Part shown: positions 9,039 to 20,214 of the stretch, in pieces | How the letters are laid out: each line of letters starts with the position of its first letter | Numbering within the stretch: position 1 is the stretch's first letter | Made by a program: the position numbers and the translations under genes | NCBI GenBank assembly: GCA_963693055.1 | Contig: OY843751.1 | Location: 6,304,001 to 6,368,000 of the forward strand | From: a bacterium | Lineage (GTDB): Bacteria > Zhuqueibacterota > Zhuqueibacteria > Residuimicrobiales > Krinioviventaceae | DNA: 64,000 bases | Reading direction: 5' to 3' | The notes under the pieces: model-generated | The model's database searches: none | Told to the model about the DNA's origin: nothing | The model's input: the letters and a program-made list of their open reading frames with translations, nothing else

Positions 9039-12000
9039 ATGAAGTTTCGTAGTATATTCATTTTTCTGTTTAGTCTGAGTGTATGCATAAACACAATGGC
9101 TCAGAGTGTTTTGTCTGGCAGAGTTTACAAAGGAACTACAGGAACAGAACCCCCGGTTTCAGAGCCAATTGCAGGTGCAAGAGTTTGGCTTTTGGGTGCC
9201 AATAATCCTTCCATCTCTACAGCATATCTGGTGGATAGTACATATACAAATTCCGCCGGCTGGTTTGGTTTAAATGTTCGGCAGATTTGCGAGTTTTATT
9301 TTATTAAAGAAATTGATCCTCCTGGTTATACCTCCAAAGGTGCTACTACAGTCAGCGGAACTGTTATAAATAATAATGTAATACAATACGATTACCCCCT
9401 GGATAACAAGACATTGACAGGTAACAAGTTCTGGGACGATACCTCGGGAAGCAGCAATAATCCTCCGGTTGCTGATGCCGGAGGACCCTATACAGCAACG
9501 GTAGGTCAATGGATTACGCTAGTAGGTTCCGGCAGTTATGATCCTGATGCTGGAGATAAAATTGTTTCATACGAGTGGGACTGTAATCTGGATGGTGTTT
9601 ATAATGGTGCGGGTGATGTGACCTGTATTTATGGAGACACGCTATTTGCCTGGTACAGTCCATATTCAGGTAATATTAGATTACGTGTAACAGACACACA
9701 TGGTGCAACAGATACCGATCTGGCATCTGTTAATATATATCAGGAATCATCCCAGTATGAATATGACTTTGGCGATGCACCTTCTCCTTTTAAAACCCTG
9801 CTTGCTGACGGCGGTCGATATTTTACTGTAGATACTTTATTGTTTATGGGGCAATCGGTTGATATAGATACAGACGGTCAACCAACTGCACAGGCCAAAG
9901 GAGATGATAATGACGGTAATGATGATGAAGATGGGGTGATTTTTACAACATTGTTAATACCCGGGACCGTTGCCTCGTTCTCTGTCGATATCAGTAATTC
10001 ATCACCTTTTGCACAGCCGCAACTTGAAGCATATATAGATTTTGATGGTAATGGCACCTGGGAAGTACAGGAACGAATAGTAGATCAATCCATAACACCC
10101 GCGATCCAGAGTACGCTAAATTTTAGTGTACCTTTTTCTGCAGTAGCGGGTAATACATTTGCAAGATTTGTAGTTTATGATAAAGGCCCGGTACCACCAA
10201 ATGGAACACCTATTGGTGAAATTGAAGATTATATGGTGAATATTGAATACGAAACAGAGGGAGGTTCTATCATTGTACACAAAATTGCTGATCCCGCTGA
10301 TGGTACCCCCTTCCAGTTTACGGGAGATTTGGGATCTTTTACTTTGATTGATCCTTCTAGTCCACAAAAAATATTTACAGGCATCAATGCTGGGAAATAC
10401 AAAATATATGAAACAGATATTCCCGGATGGCTCTGGTTTGCCTTGGGATTGGCTGGAAATTCATTTAGCGGAGTTCAGATTGACTGGGCCAATCATTTCA
10501 TGGAAGTGGATTATGATGCCTCCGGTGATCTCAATTTATACTTTTTTAATATGGCCGAACCCGGCCTTGATTTTGGAGATGCTCCCGATGCATATAAAAC
10601 AACACTTGCCTCTAATGGGGCCTATCACTTGCCCGGTGAAGTCATGTTGGGCCAGCGTATAGATACGGAACCGGATGGCCAACCTTCTTCACAGGCAAAC
10701 CAGGATGATCTGAATGATAATGACGATGAAGACGGTGTTACGTTTACTACTACACTCGTCAAGGGCCAGGCTGCAACAGTGCAGGTTGATGTTTCAGGTC
10801 CCCCCGGACTGTTGGGCTCCTTGGCCGGTTGGGTCGATTTTAATGGTGATCAGGTTTTTGATAATATCACAGAGAAAGTGGTTGACGATGTTATTACCAC
10901 AAATGGAGCAGTCATTAATAAAACCTATACGATCAATGTTCCTTCCAGTGCGGTTATTGGAACAGCCTATGCGAGATTTAGAGTCTATCAGACCGAACCG
11001 TTGATGCAGATTGTAACTTTTCCTGAAGGGGCTGGTGGCATTGGAGAAGTTGAAGATTATGTTGTTACGATATCCGATAGTGATGAGGAACTGGATTGGG
11101 GAGACGCCCCGTTACCCTATCCTGAAGCTAGTCATTCTATTGGATTGGTTTGGCTGGGTGATTCGTTTGATCAACCGGATGCTGAAACATCAATGCAGCG
11201 TCACCCGGATGCATTGGGCGACGATAATGATGCTCAGGGAGATGATGAAAACGGATTGATTGATGCTATACTGGTACATCCTGATAAGGGATGGAGTATG
11301 TTAAAATTAAAAGGACAGACAATAAGCGACAGTATTAAAGTGGCAATGTGGTTGGATATTAATATGGATGATGACTGGGATGATGTGGGTGAAGAAATTT
11401 TGAGTTTTGCGGTTTTGTGGGGAGCAACACCGGGACCGTTCCCGGCAGGAAGTACCTGGGTTGAAGCGGCTGTTATATTTAAAATGCCGGCTGGTACACA
11501 AACCGGAGTAACCTTTGCAAGATTGCGTGCAATGAATGGTTTTAATAATCCCATTCCTGTAAGCGGATATGTGGAAACAGGCGAAGTTGAAGATTATGTT
11601 TTGGATATTATTAATGATGATTCACCTGTTCCGGAGGGTGGTTTTACCCACGGTTACAAGTGGAATGATCTCAATGGTAATGGAATTAAAGATGCTGGTG
11701 AACCGGGATTGTCCGGTTGGGAGATCTGGCTGGATGCAAATAAAAATGGTGTTGAGGATGCCGGAGATAAATATGCTATAACCGATGCACAGGGGCATTT
11801 CGAGTTTACCGGTCTTGAGCAGGGTGATTATATTGTTGGGGAAAAATTGGAATCCGGATGGGTGCAAACTTATCCGGCATCACCCGGAACGCACACGGTT
11901 CAGGTTGTGCCGGGACAGTTGATGCAGGCTGTCTGGTTTGGCAATCATAAAGAAGGTGGCAGCGGTGGTGAAGGATTTTTAAAATGGAGTCAACGCCCTA

Positions 12001-13451
12001 TACTGGGCAAGATGGAAGCGGATTCTGTTTGCTTTGCCGGTTGGTCTGAGCCCTCCTTGATCGACAGGGAAGGCCCAAAAGTTGTGTTGGCAGATGATTG
12101 GTTTTGTGCGGATAATAATCCTGTTACCGGAATTCGATGGTGGGGAGTATATGCCGGATGGGATTCTCTGCAAACACCGGATTATGCTCCGGAAGCATTC
12201 CATGTTGGCATCTGGCAGGATGTTCCTGCTGGAGTGGATAGTGCGTGGAGTCATCCCGGGGAATTGGTGAGATCTTGGTTGTTGGAGCAGTCACAGGTGA
12301 ATGAACACTGGGTACGCTGTCAAAGCGGTGATGGAATGTTTCATGATGAATGTTTAACGGCATTTGAATATTTTTTCAGCATTCCTGCTGACGAGTGGTT
12401 TCTGCAGGAAACGGATTCCACAGTATGGTGGCTTAGTGTAGCCGCAGTCTATGATTCAATACCACCTGAAGATCATGAACGATGGTATCCCTGGACATGG
12501 TTGACTCGGGAACATTATTTTGGTGATGATGCAATCGTAATGCCCCCACCTTTGGATCTTGAACCGGGAGCAATACCCGAATCTCATTTCCCGCTAGCAG
12601 AGATGTGGGATTTATCTTTCGAGCTGACGACGGATCTGGATTTTCGCATGTTTGATTTTGGTGATGCTCCAGACCATTACGGAACATTGCTTGAGCATAA
12701 CGGGGCACAGCATGCTTATGATCCTGATGTGTATATGGGTAACCGAATTGACGTAGAAGATGATGGTATGCCGCATGATGAATTGTTGGGTGATGACATG
12801 AATGATCAGGATGATGAAGATGGTGTTGAAATGATAAATATTGCAGGTCCGGGTGAAATTGCAGAGATCAGAGTAAAGCTTTCAAAAAGCGGATATTTGA
12901 GTGTCTGGGCAGACTATGATCGAAATGGTGTATGGTATGAAGAGGATAATAATGTATTCTATAATTTCATACTCCCTGCGGGTAGTCATGATCTGAGTTT
13001 TTTAATCCCCGAATATGTTGAGCCGGGGCAGGTAGCAACGCGTTTCCGTTTTTCTACTCGACCCAATCTCTGGTTTAACGGATATGCAGTTGACGGAGAA
13101 GTTGAGGATTACCTGATGGAAATTGCAGAACCGGTATCTGTTAGGGATGAGCAGATAAAGAGCAAGCTTCCGCAGGAATACATATTGTATCCTAATGTTC
13201 CGAATCCATTTAATCCTGAAACGCAGATCCGATACGATCTGCCTGAGCAATCTCGAGTTGTGTTGCTTGTATATAATATTATGGGACAAAAGATTGTAGA
13301 GCTGGTTAACGCTGATCAGCCGGCAGGGAGATATAGCTTTAACTGGAATGCTTGTGATCAGTACGGGAAACCGGTGTCAACCGGTGTTTACCTGTATCGT
13401 ATGCAAACGGAAACATTTAGCATGACACGGAAAATGATATTGATACGATAA
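9039..13451 (+). CDS. Large secreted surface protein: PKD, 4x GEVED, SdrD-B-like domain, C-terminal FlgD/T9SS-type CTD
   Basis: Signal peptide; NNPPVADAGGPY..SYDPD (PKD); four D[FW]GDAP...GE[IV]EDY units; KWNDLNGNGIKDAGEPGL; PNPFNPET...GVYLYRM. Confidence 0.85.
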   Translation: MKFRSIFIFLFSLSVCINTMAQSVLSGRVYKGTTGTEPPVSEPIAGARVWLLGANNPSISTAYLVDSTYTNSAGWFGLNVRQICEFYFIKEIDPPGYTSKGATTVSGTVINNNVIQYDYPLDNKTLTGNKFWDDTSGSSNNPPVADAGGPYTATVGQWITLVGSGSYDPDAGDKIVSYEWDCNLDGVYNGAGDVTCIYGDTLFAWYSPYSGNIRLRVTDTHGATDTDLASVNIYQESSQYEYDFGDAPSPFKTLLADGGRYFTVDTLLFMGQSVDIDTDGQPTAQAKGDDNDGNDDEDGVIFTTLLIPGTVASFSVDISNSSPFAQPQLEAYIDFDGNGTWEVQERIVDQSITPAIQSTLNFSVPFSAVAGNTFARFVVYDKGPVPPNGTPIGEIEDYMVNIEYETEGGSIIVHKIADPADGTPFQFTGDLGSFTLIDPSSPQKIFTGINAGKYKIYETDIPGWLWFALGLAGNSFSGVQIDWANHFMEVDYDASGDLNLYFFNMAEPGLDFGDAPDAYKTTLASNGAYHLPGEVMLGQRIDTEPDGQPSSQANQDDLNDNDDEDGVTFTTTLVKGQAATVQVDVSGPPGLLGSLAGWVDFNGDQVFDNITEKVVDDVITTNGAVINKTYTINVPSSAVIGTAYARFRVYQTEPLMQIVTFPEGAGGIGEVEDYVVTISDSDEELDWGDAPLPYPEASHSIGLVWLGDSFDQPDAETSMQRHPDALGDDNDAQGDDENGLIDAILVHPDKGWSMLKLKGQTISDSIKVAMWLDINMDDDWDDVGEEILSFAVLWGATPGPFPAGSTWVEAAVIFKMPAGTQTGVTFARLRAMNGFNNPIPVSGYVETGEVEDYVLDIINDDSPVPEGGFTHGYKWNDLNGNGIKDAGEPGLSGWEIWLDANKNGVEDAGDKYAITDAQGHFEFTGLEQGDYIVGEKLESGWVQTYPASPGTHTVQVVPGQLMQAVWFGNHKEGGSGGEGFLKWSQRPILGKMEADSVCFAGWSEPSLIDREGPKVVLADDWFCADNNPVTGIRWWGVYAGWDSLQTPDYAPEAFHVGIWQDVPAGVDSAWSHPGELVRSWLLEQSQVNEHWVRCQSGDGMFHDECLTAFEYFFSIPADEWFLQETDSTVWWLSVAAVYDSIPPEDHERWYPWTWLTREHYFGDDAIVMPPPLDLEPGAIPESHFPLAEMWDLSFELTTDLDFRMFDFGDAPDHYGTLLEHNGAQHAYDPDVYMGNRIDVEDDGMPHDELLGDDMNDQDDEDGVEMINIAGPGEIAEIRVKLSKSGYLSVWADYDRNGVWYEEDNNVFYNFILPAGSHDLSFLIPEYVEPGQVATRFRFSTRPNLWFNGYAVDGEVEDYLMEIAEPVSVRDEQIKSKLPQEYILYPNVPNPFNPETQIRYDLPEQSRVVLLVYNIMGQKIVELVNADQPAGRYSFNWNACDQYGKPVSTGVYLYRMQTETFSMTRKMILIR

Positions 13452-13537
13452 AATTTGAGGTGGTATCAGTGAATGATTGAAATGAAAATTTAGTTACCGC
13501 ATTAAAAGTGTATTTTACTTGACTGCTACTAGGGGCT

Positions 13538-13572
13538 AGTCACTCTGATTAATAATTAGAGTGACTTTTTTT
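13538..13572 (+). terminator. Intrinsic terminator
   Basis: AGTCACTCT/AGAGTGACT stem plus T-run. Confidence 0.75.
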
Positions 13573-13722
13573 AACTGGTAATATGTTAATATAATTATAC
13601 CTATTGTTATGCAAAAACATGCATGTTAGATTAATGCTTTTATAATTCTTGTTATTGCTGCATTCCTACAGTATATTAAATTACAAGGGAAAAGAAATAC
13701 AAAAATCTTGAGGAGTATCGGT

Positions 13723-16700
13723 GTGATAAAACCTAGGATTTTGATTGTTGAAGATGAACTTATTGTAGCCCGGGATATCAAAAACATTTTAGATAGTGCA
13801 GGTTATTCTATACCTGCAATTTTTTCTTGTGGTATTGATCTCATTGATTTTGTGAAAAAGGATACTCCGGACTTGATATTAATGGATATCAAGTTAAAAG
13901 GGGAAATTGATGGTATCGAAACAACACGTCAGGTTAAAACAGTCTGCGATGTTCCTATTGTGTACATGACGGCAAATGTTGATAAAGATATAATGGAACG
14001 AGCAAAAAAAACCGCACCACACGGCTTTATATACAAACCTATACAGGTTGATATGATCAAAAATGCGATAGAGATGGCTCTATACAAGCATGAAAGGGAA
14101 AAAGAGTTATATGAACAAAACGTATGGTTAAATGCTACTTTGAATTCAATAGGGGATGCTGTAATAACAGCCAACACTGAAGGAAATATTACTTTTATTA
14201 ATCCAATTGCGGCCAAGTTATCCGGATGGAGTTATGACAAGTGTAAGGGCTTGCCATTAACTGATATTTTCAAAATAATTAATTCTGCAACACACGGCCT
14301 CGCTGATAATCCTGTCAAGTGGTATATTGAAACAGGAGAGATTTCTGATTCGATAAAAAAAACAAGGCTAACTAGTAAGAGTGGTAAAGAATTTCAGATT
14401 TCTGATAGTTCATCACCCATATTGAATTCAAAAGGTGAGGTTATTGGATTTGTTTTGGTTTTTAGAGAGACAATGCCAGTACAGGAAATACAAAATGAGC
14501 TTGTTGAGAGCGAAAAAAAATACAAGACACTATTTAATTCAATGCTTGAAGGAGTTTGCCTGCACCAGATTATTTATGATGAATCCGGGAATGCTGTTGA
14601 TTATAAAATAATGGATGTGAACACAAAATTTGAACAAATTCTGGCTTTTAAAAAAGCGGATGTTGTAAATAGAAAAGCAACTGAAATTTACCAAACAAAT
14701 ATACCTCCCTATCTTGACATCTATGCAAAGGTTGCCCAAACCGGTGAACCTACCGAGTTTGAAACGTTCTATGAACCTTTGAACAAGTATTTTCTTATTT
14801 CAGTTTTTTCCCATGGTAAGGAAAAGTTTGCAACTGTTTTTGAAGATATTACTGACAAAAAGCGAGCAGAATTAAAAATAGCAAATAATGAAAAATATTT
14901 ACATAATATTTTTCAAACGGTTATTGACGGATTTTGGATAATAGACACAAATGGAAATCTTGTTGATGCAAATAATGCGTATTTAAAAATGACGGGCTAT
15001 TCTCGTGATGAACTTTTAAAATTCAAGATTAATGATCTGGACGCTATGGAAAGCCCGGGCGATACCCGAAGGAGAATGGAAGAGATAATTGAAAATGGAA
15101 GTGAGATATTTGAAACTCAACTTTTACATAAAGATAATCATGTTATAGATATTGAAGTTTCTTCAACATATGCGGATTTTGATGGGGGACAATTTTTGTG
15201 TTTTGGTCGGGATATTACTGAACGTAAAAAAATGGAAATGGAACTCAAAGAGTCAAAGCTCTTTTTGGATAATATGTCTGACATTGCATATATTGCTGAT
15301 GTAAATGGTAATATTGTTTGGGTTAATGCGGCAAGTGAACGGGTTACAGGTTTGTCAAAAAAAGATGTCATTGGTAAAGCCTTTTTGCCGCTATTCATTG
15401 ATAAAGACCATCCGTCAATAAGAGATATGATCAAGAGAACGCTAAAAGGAGAATCACTTGAAAATACCATAACCTTTACCTCTGGAATAACATGTCTGGT
15501 TTCAAGTATTCCCAAAAGAAATGATAAAGGTGAAATAATTGGTACCTTTGGTATCGCAAGAGATATTACAGAACGTAAACGCATAGAGTCAGAACGTGAA
15601 ATCACCATTCGACTGCTTGAAATAATAAATGAGAAAAATGAATTGCGTGAATTGATGCAATCCGTATTAACATTTATGTTTGAACTGTCAGGTTGTGAGG
15701 CTGTAGGCATTCGTTTAAAAGAAGAACATGACTATCCCTATTATGAAATTCGGGGATTTTCTGAAAAATTTGTTAAAAAAGAAAAGTACTTGTGCGCAAA
15801 AGATTTAAAAGGTCAAATCTTAAAAGACGAAATTGGGAATCCGGTTCTTGAATGTATGTGCGGAAATGTTTTATGTTCACGATTTGATGCATCATTACCT
15901 TTTTTTACAGAACATGGTAGTTTTGTTTCAAACGGTACCACAAAGCTGTTAGCCACCACAACTGAAAAAGAACGTCAGGCACACACCCGAAATCGGTGCA
16001 ATGCTGAAGGATACGAATCTGTTATGCTGGTCCCTTTGCGGGCAGGAGGCGAAACCTTTGGTTTGCTTCAATTTAACGATCACAGAGAAGGGTGTTTTAC
16101 GGAACAGTTTGTGGACCAGGTTGAGCGAATGGCAGGAAATTTTTCAATTGCTCTGGCACAACGAAAAGCAGAAAAAGAGCTGAGTGAAAAGCAATATTTT
16201 TTAACCAAAGCGCAGGAAATTGGAAAAATCGGTACCTGGGAGCTGGATGTTATTGAAAATGTGTTAACCTGGACAGATGAAAATTACAAGATTTTTGGTG
16301 TACCATTGGGAACGAAATTGAATCTGGAAACATTTATGGAATGTGTTCACCCCGATGACAGAGAATATGTTGCACAGGAATGGACTGCAGCGTTGCATGG
16401 TGTGCCCTACGATATTGAACATCGCCTTTTAGTTAATGGTAAAGTAAAATGGGTGCATGAAAAGGCCAATGTGGAGTTTGATAAAAACGGTAATGCACTT
16501 TTGGGCATAGGCTTTACTCAAGATATTTCACAGTTGAAAATAGCTGAAGAAAAAATCAGGAAAAAGGATTTGGAATTCAGAAAGCTATCTCAACATTTGC
16601 CGGATATGATTTACCAATTTACCCGAAATCCGGATAGGAAATATAATATACCGATATCGTCGGAGGGTATTAAAAATATTTTTGGATGCACACCTAAAGA

Positions 16701-17556
16701 TGTAGTAGATTCATTTGAACCCATAGCAAGGGCCATTCATCCGGATGATCTTGATAGAGTGATTGAAACTATAGAAATCTCTGCAGAACAGCTATCTCCT
16801 TTTAGTTGTGAATATAGAGTGATTTTGCCGGAAAAAGGTGTACAGTGGATTTTGTCCAATTCTACTCCGGAAATGCTGCCCGATGGTTCAATTTCCTGGT
16901 TTGGATTTACAGTAAATATTACTGAACGCAAAAAATCAGAAGAGCAGATTAAAAAGGATTTATTAGAAAAAGAAGTATTAATTCGGGAGATCCATCACAG
17001 GGTCAAGAATAATTTGCAGGTCATCATCAGCTTGTTGAATCTTCAAGCTGAAAAGATTGAGGATCCGGAGATCAGGGATGTATTTAACCAAAGCCGCAAT
17101 CGTGTTTTCTCTATGGCAATGGTCCATGAACAGCTTTATCAGTCCAAAGAGTTGTCACATATTGAGATGCATTCGTATATAGAAACTATAGTACGGGATT
17201 TGAAAAATATGTATGCACCTCTCAAACACATCAAAAGTCATATTCAGGTAGATAGTATATATTTTGATGTTGTGCACGCCATTCCCTGTGGCTTGATCTT
17301 GAATGAGCTTGTAAGTAATGCTTACAAACACGCTTTTAAAACCAGAGATCTTGGTGAAATTACAGTCATGTTGGTTGCTAAATCTGGTAAACATATACTG
17401 GTTGTAAAAGATGATGGTGATGGCCTACCTGTAAATTTGGACCCAGAACACACAGATACATTGGGAATGCAATTGGTCAAGATGTTAACACTTCAATTAG
17501 AAGGGGAATTAAGTATAGAGAATAAAAAGGGGACATGTTTTACTGTAGAGTTTTAA
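13723..17556 (+). CDS. Hybrid sensor: N-terminal receiver, multiple PAS, Cys-rich GAF, HisKA_2/HATPase histidine kinase
   Basis: ILIVEDE..PDLILMDI; repeated DITE[RK]K PAS ends; EIHHRVKNNLQ; NELVSNAYKHAF; GTG start after GAGGAG. Confidence 0.9.
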   Translation: MIKPRILIVEDELIVARDIKNILDSAGYSIPAIFSCGIDLIDFVKKDTPDLILMDIKLKGEIDGIETTRQVKTVCDVPIVYMTANVDKDIMERAKKTAPHGFIYKPIQVDMIKNAIEMALYKHEREKELYEQNVWLNATLNSIGDAVITANTEGNITFINPIAAKLSGWSYDKCKGLPLTDIFKIINSATHGLADNPVKWYIETGEISDSIKKTRLTSKSGKEFQISDSSSPILNSKGEVIGFVLVFRETMPVQEIQNELVESEKKYKTLFNSMLEGVCLHQIIYDESGNAVDYKIMDVNTKFEQILAFKKADVVNRKATEIYQTNIPPYLDIYAKVAQTGEPTEFETFYEPLNKYFLISVFSHGKEKFATVFEDITDKKRAELKIANNEKYLHNIFQTVIDGFWIIDTNGNLVDANNAYLKMTGYSRDELLKFKINDLDAMESPGDTRRRMEEIIENGSEIFETQLLHKDNHVIDIEVSSTYADFDGGQFLCFGRDITERKKMEMELKESKLFLDNMSDIAYIADVNGNIVWVNAASERVTGLSKKDVIGKAFLPLFIDKDHPSIRDMIKRTLKGESLENTITFTSGITCLVSSIPKRNDKGEIIGTFGIARDITERKRIESEREITIRLLEIINEKNELRELMQSVLTFMFELSGCEAVGIRLKEEHDYPYYEIRGFSEKFVKKEKYLCAKDLKGQILKDEIGNPVLECMCGNVLCSRFDASLPFFTEHGSFVSNGTTKLLATTTEKERQAHTRNRCNAEGYESVMLVPLRAGGETFGLLQFNDHREGCFTEQFVDQVERMAGNFSIALAQRKAEKELSEKQYFLTKAQEIGKIGTWELDVIENVLTWTDENYKIFGVPLGTKLNLETFMECVHPDDREYVAQEWTAALHGVPYDIEHRLLVNGKVKWVHEKANVEFDKNGNALLGIGFTQDISQLKIAEEKIRKKDLEFRKLSQHLPDMIYQFTRNPDRKYNIPISSEGIKNIFGCTPKDVVDSFEPIARAIHPDDLDRVIETIEISAEQLSPFSCEYRVILPEKGVQWILSNSTPEMLPDGSISWFGFTVNITERKKSEEQIKKDLLEKEVLIREIHHRVKNNLQVIISLLNLQAEKIEDPEIRDVFNQSRNRVFSMAMVHEQLYQSKELSHIEMHSYIETIVRDLKNMYAPLKHIKSHIQVDSIYFDVVHAIPCGLILNELVSNAYKHAFKTRDLGEITVMLVAKSGKHILVVKDDGDGLPVNLDPEHTDTLGMQLVKMLTLQLEGELSIENKKGTCFTVEF

Positions 17557-17716
17557 GAATAAAGAGGGTTCTTATCAGAAAAAATTTGTTTTAAAATTTG
17601 TGATCAGATAAGAGATCGTCATTGCAACATACCGTCCATATTATAAATTTAACTTGAGAAATACCCCATAATTGTGTTAATTAGAAAAGAGGTTGATTCT
17701 ATAAATATGGTGTTTT

Positions 17717-18232
17717 GTGAAATTTCGTTATTTATATATGATTTTGATTCTGCTGACAGGAATTGTTGGCTGTTTCAATCCTTTTGCGCCAAAGCTTGAT
17801 CGCTCAGGTGAAGAGGGGTATGTCATTACTGAACAGGCTACGCCTGAAGAGGTGTTGCAGAATTTTGTTTATGCTTATACATTCAAAGATTCTTTGGTTT
17901 ATGCAGATATATTAGACAGCTCGTTCGTTTTTGTCTATTTTGATCCCAATTTGGGCGGTTCGGGACGTTTTGTCTCCTGGGGACGTGATATCGATTTAAA
18001 AACCACAGGGCGACTTTTCAAAAGTTTTGAGACCATTACCCTGACCTGGAATTCCACCATCTATGAAGAAGAGGGTGAAAATACAGCCGAGGTCTCTAAA
18101 ACATTACAGTTGGTCATGTTTGGCAGTGCTGGCGAGTTCAGTCTGACCGGAAGTGCTATTTTTAATTTTAAAAAAAGCGATTATGATGATAAATGGCGCA
18201 TTACCCGCTGGAAAGATGAATCCCAAATGTAA
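17717..18232 (+). CDS. Hypothetical lipoprotein (possibly NTF2-like fold)
   Basis: Lipobox IVGC-FNPFAP; C-terminal WRITRWKD. Confidence 0.7.
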   Translation: MKFRYLYMILILLTGIVGCFNPFAPKLDRSGEEGYVITEQATPEEVLQNFVYAYTFKDSLVYADILDSSFVFVYFDPNLGGSGRFVSWGRDIDLKTTGRLFKSFETITLTWNSTIYEEEGENTAEVSKTLQLVMFGSAGEFSLTGSAIFNFKKSDYDDKWRITRWKDESQM

Positions 18233-18310
18233 ATTCAGCATCTAAATTATACGATGAATAGTTGTTTTGGTTAGCGTGTTATTAAGATGTGAAAAAAATT
18301 GAGGAATGGA

Positions 18311-20128
18311 ATGAAAAGCCTAATGAAAAGTTTATGGATACCCATATTGCTGTTGTTTGCAGTAAATGGATTGGCCCAATTTGGCCCGGATAAAATACTG
18401 GAAGCCTCTGCATACAGCTCGCAAAGCGCGGTTGTACCAGGAGGAGAGTTTGATATTGCTATTGTTCTGGATATTGAAGAAGAACTGCACATCAACTCGC
18501 ACACGCCCTCTGGCGAGTTTTTCATCCCAACTGTGGTAACGTTGGATTCCCTGTCGGGTTTGGAATTCAATACCCCGGTGTATCCACCGCATGAGTTAAA
18601 AGCCTTTTCTTTTTCCGATGAAAGAATAGCGGTCTATGAGGGAAAAGTTGTTATTGTAACTCATGTAGCTACAGCATCATCATTGGAAACAGGTAAACTG
18701 ACCGTAAAAGGCCAGGTGTCTTACCAGGGTTGTAATGATACCATGTGCTTTGCTCCCGGTGAGGAAGACTTTACGGTAGAGGTTGAGGTTGTACCAGCCG
18801 GAACACCTGTTGAAAAGATCAACCAGGGTTATTTTGCCGGAGTGATTGCTGAGGTTACAGAAACTGTTGAAACAACGGATGATACAGGAACTTTGACGGC
18901 GGATGAACAGCGAGCGAGAGAAATTATTGAAAAAGGGATTTTTTACGCCATTATTGCTTTCTTTGGAATTGGTTTGGCGCTTAACCTGACACCGTGTGTG
19001 TACCCTGTAATTCCCATGACTGTTAGCTATTTTGGCGGACAATCAGGCAAGAGCCGTGGCTCTGCATTTGCTTCAGCATTGTTGTACCAGATTGGTATTG
19101 CAATTGCTTTCGCGCTGTTGGGATTAATCTCCGGGTTGGCCGGAAAACAATGGGGGTTCCTATTTCAGAGTCCCTGGTTTGTGGTTGTGATTGCCACCAT
19201 TATTCTTGCTATGGCTGCGAGTTTGTTTGGCGCTTTTGAAATTACAGTTCCCAACTGGTTGATGAACAAAGTTGGTAAAAGCCGCGAAGGTATTGTAGGC
19301 GCTTTTGTTATGGGACTGACTGTGGGTGTTGTAATTGCTCCCTGTGCGGCGGGCATTATTATAGGACTTGTAGGATTGGTAGCCAAACTCGGGTTGGTGG
19401 TTAAAGGAACATTGTTGTTCTTTGTAATGGGACTGGGACTTGGGTTGCCTTATCTTATACTGGCAACTTTTTCAGGATTGTTGGAAAAACTGCCACAATC
19501 AGGCATGTGGATGGTTTGGGTGCGCAAATTGTTTGCTATTATGCTGATTGGTGTTGCGTTCTATTTCATTATACCACAGCTTGAACGTATTTATGATAAA
19601 TTTGCATTTCTGGCAGGAGTGCTGGGGATTTTTGGCGGGTTGTTACTGGGCTTTTTGGACCACGCACCGGGATACACAAAAACATTCAAGATTTTCCGAG
19701 GAGTGGTAGGTGTGGCTTTGGTGGTTCTGGGTATAATGTGGACCCAGGGTGCGATTGAATCTAAAGCATCTGAAATTGAATGGATAAAATTGCACGATCA
19801 GGATATTCAAACATATATCGATGATGATAAACCTGTATTCATTGATTTTTACGCGGACTGGTGCGCGCCATGTAAGCAGCTTGATCGGGTAACTTTTAGA
19901 GATGAAGCGGTTGTGGAAGCAGCTCAGGATTATCATATGATCAAAGTGGACTGTACCACTCCGGATGACCAGATCAAATCTATTATGCAGCGCTTTAATG
20001 TAACCGGAATGCCCACGCTGGTGTTTATCTCTCCGGGCGGTAATGTACTTGATGATCTGCGAGAAATTGGATTTATTGGTCCAGAACAGTTTGTAAAGAG
20101 TATGCAGGCAGGGCTAGCCGCAGAATAA
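18311..20128 (+). CDS. dsbD: Thiol:disulfide interchange protein DsbD
   Basis: YQGCNDTMC (alpha), LTPCVYP and APC (TM), FYADWCAPC (thioredoxin). Confidence 0.88.
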   Translation: MKSLMKSLWIPILLLFAVNGLAQFGPDKILEASAYSSQSAVVPGGEFDIAIVLDIEEELHINSHTPSGEFFIPTVVTLDSLSGLEFNTPVYPPHELKAFSFSDERIAVYEGKVVIVTHVATASSLETGKLTVKGQVSYQGCNDTMCFAPGEEDFTVEVEVVPAGTPVEKINQGYFAGVIAEVTETVETTDDTGTLTADEQRAREIIEKGIFYAIIAFFGIGLALNLTPCVYPVIPMTVSYFGGQSGKSRGSAFASALLYQIGIAIAFALLGLISGLAGKQWGFLFQSPWFVVVIATIILAMAASLFGAFEITVPNWLMNKVGKSREGIVGAFVMGLTVGVVIAPCAAGIIIGLVGLVAKLGLVVKGTLLFFVMGLGLGLPYLILATFSGLLEKLPQSGMWMVWVRKLFAIMLIGVAFYFIIPQLERIYDKFAFLAGVLGIFGGLLLGFLDHAPGYTKTFKIFRGVVGVALVVLGIMWTQGAIESKASEIEWIKLHDQDIQTYIDDDKPVFIDFYADWCAPCKQLDRVTFRDEAVVEAAQDYHMIKVDCTTPDDQIKSIMQRFNVTGMPTLVFISPGGNVLDDLREIGFIGPEQFVKSMQAGLAAE

Positions 20129-20160
20129 TCTTTTGCAAAATCCGTAAATTTTGTTATTTT

Positions 20161-20197
20161 ACAGCCGTACTGTTCCCTCGAGTGCGGCTGTTTTTTT
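20161..20197 (+). terminator. Intrinsic terminator
   Basis: ACAGCCGTACT/AGTGCGGCTGT stem plus T-run. Confidence 0.75.
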
Positions 20198-20214
20198 ATT
20201 GAAAGGCGACTGAT

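Noticed and set aside
9765-13112. Recurrent GATGATGAAGA-type repeats as a CRISPR or DNA repeat array
   Set aside because: Explained by protein-level GEVED repeats; no regular spacers and no cas genes
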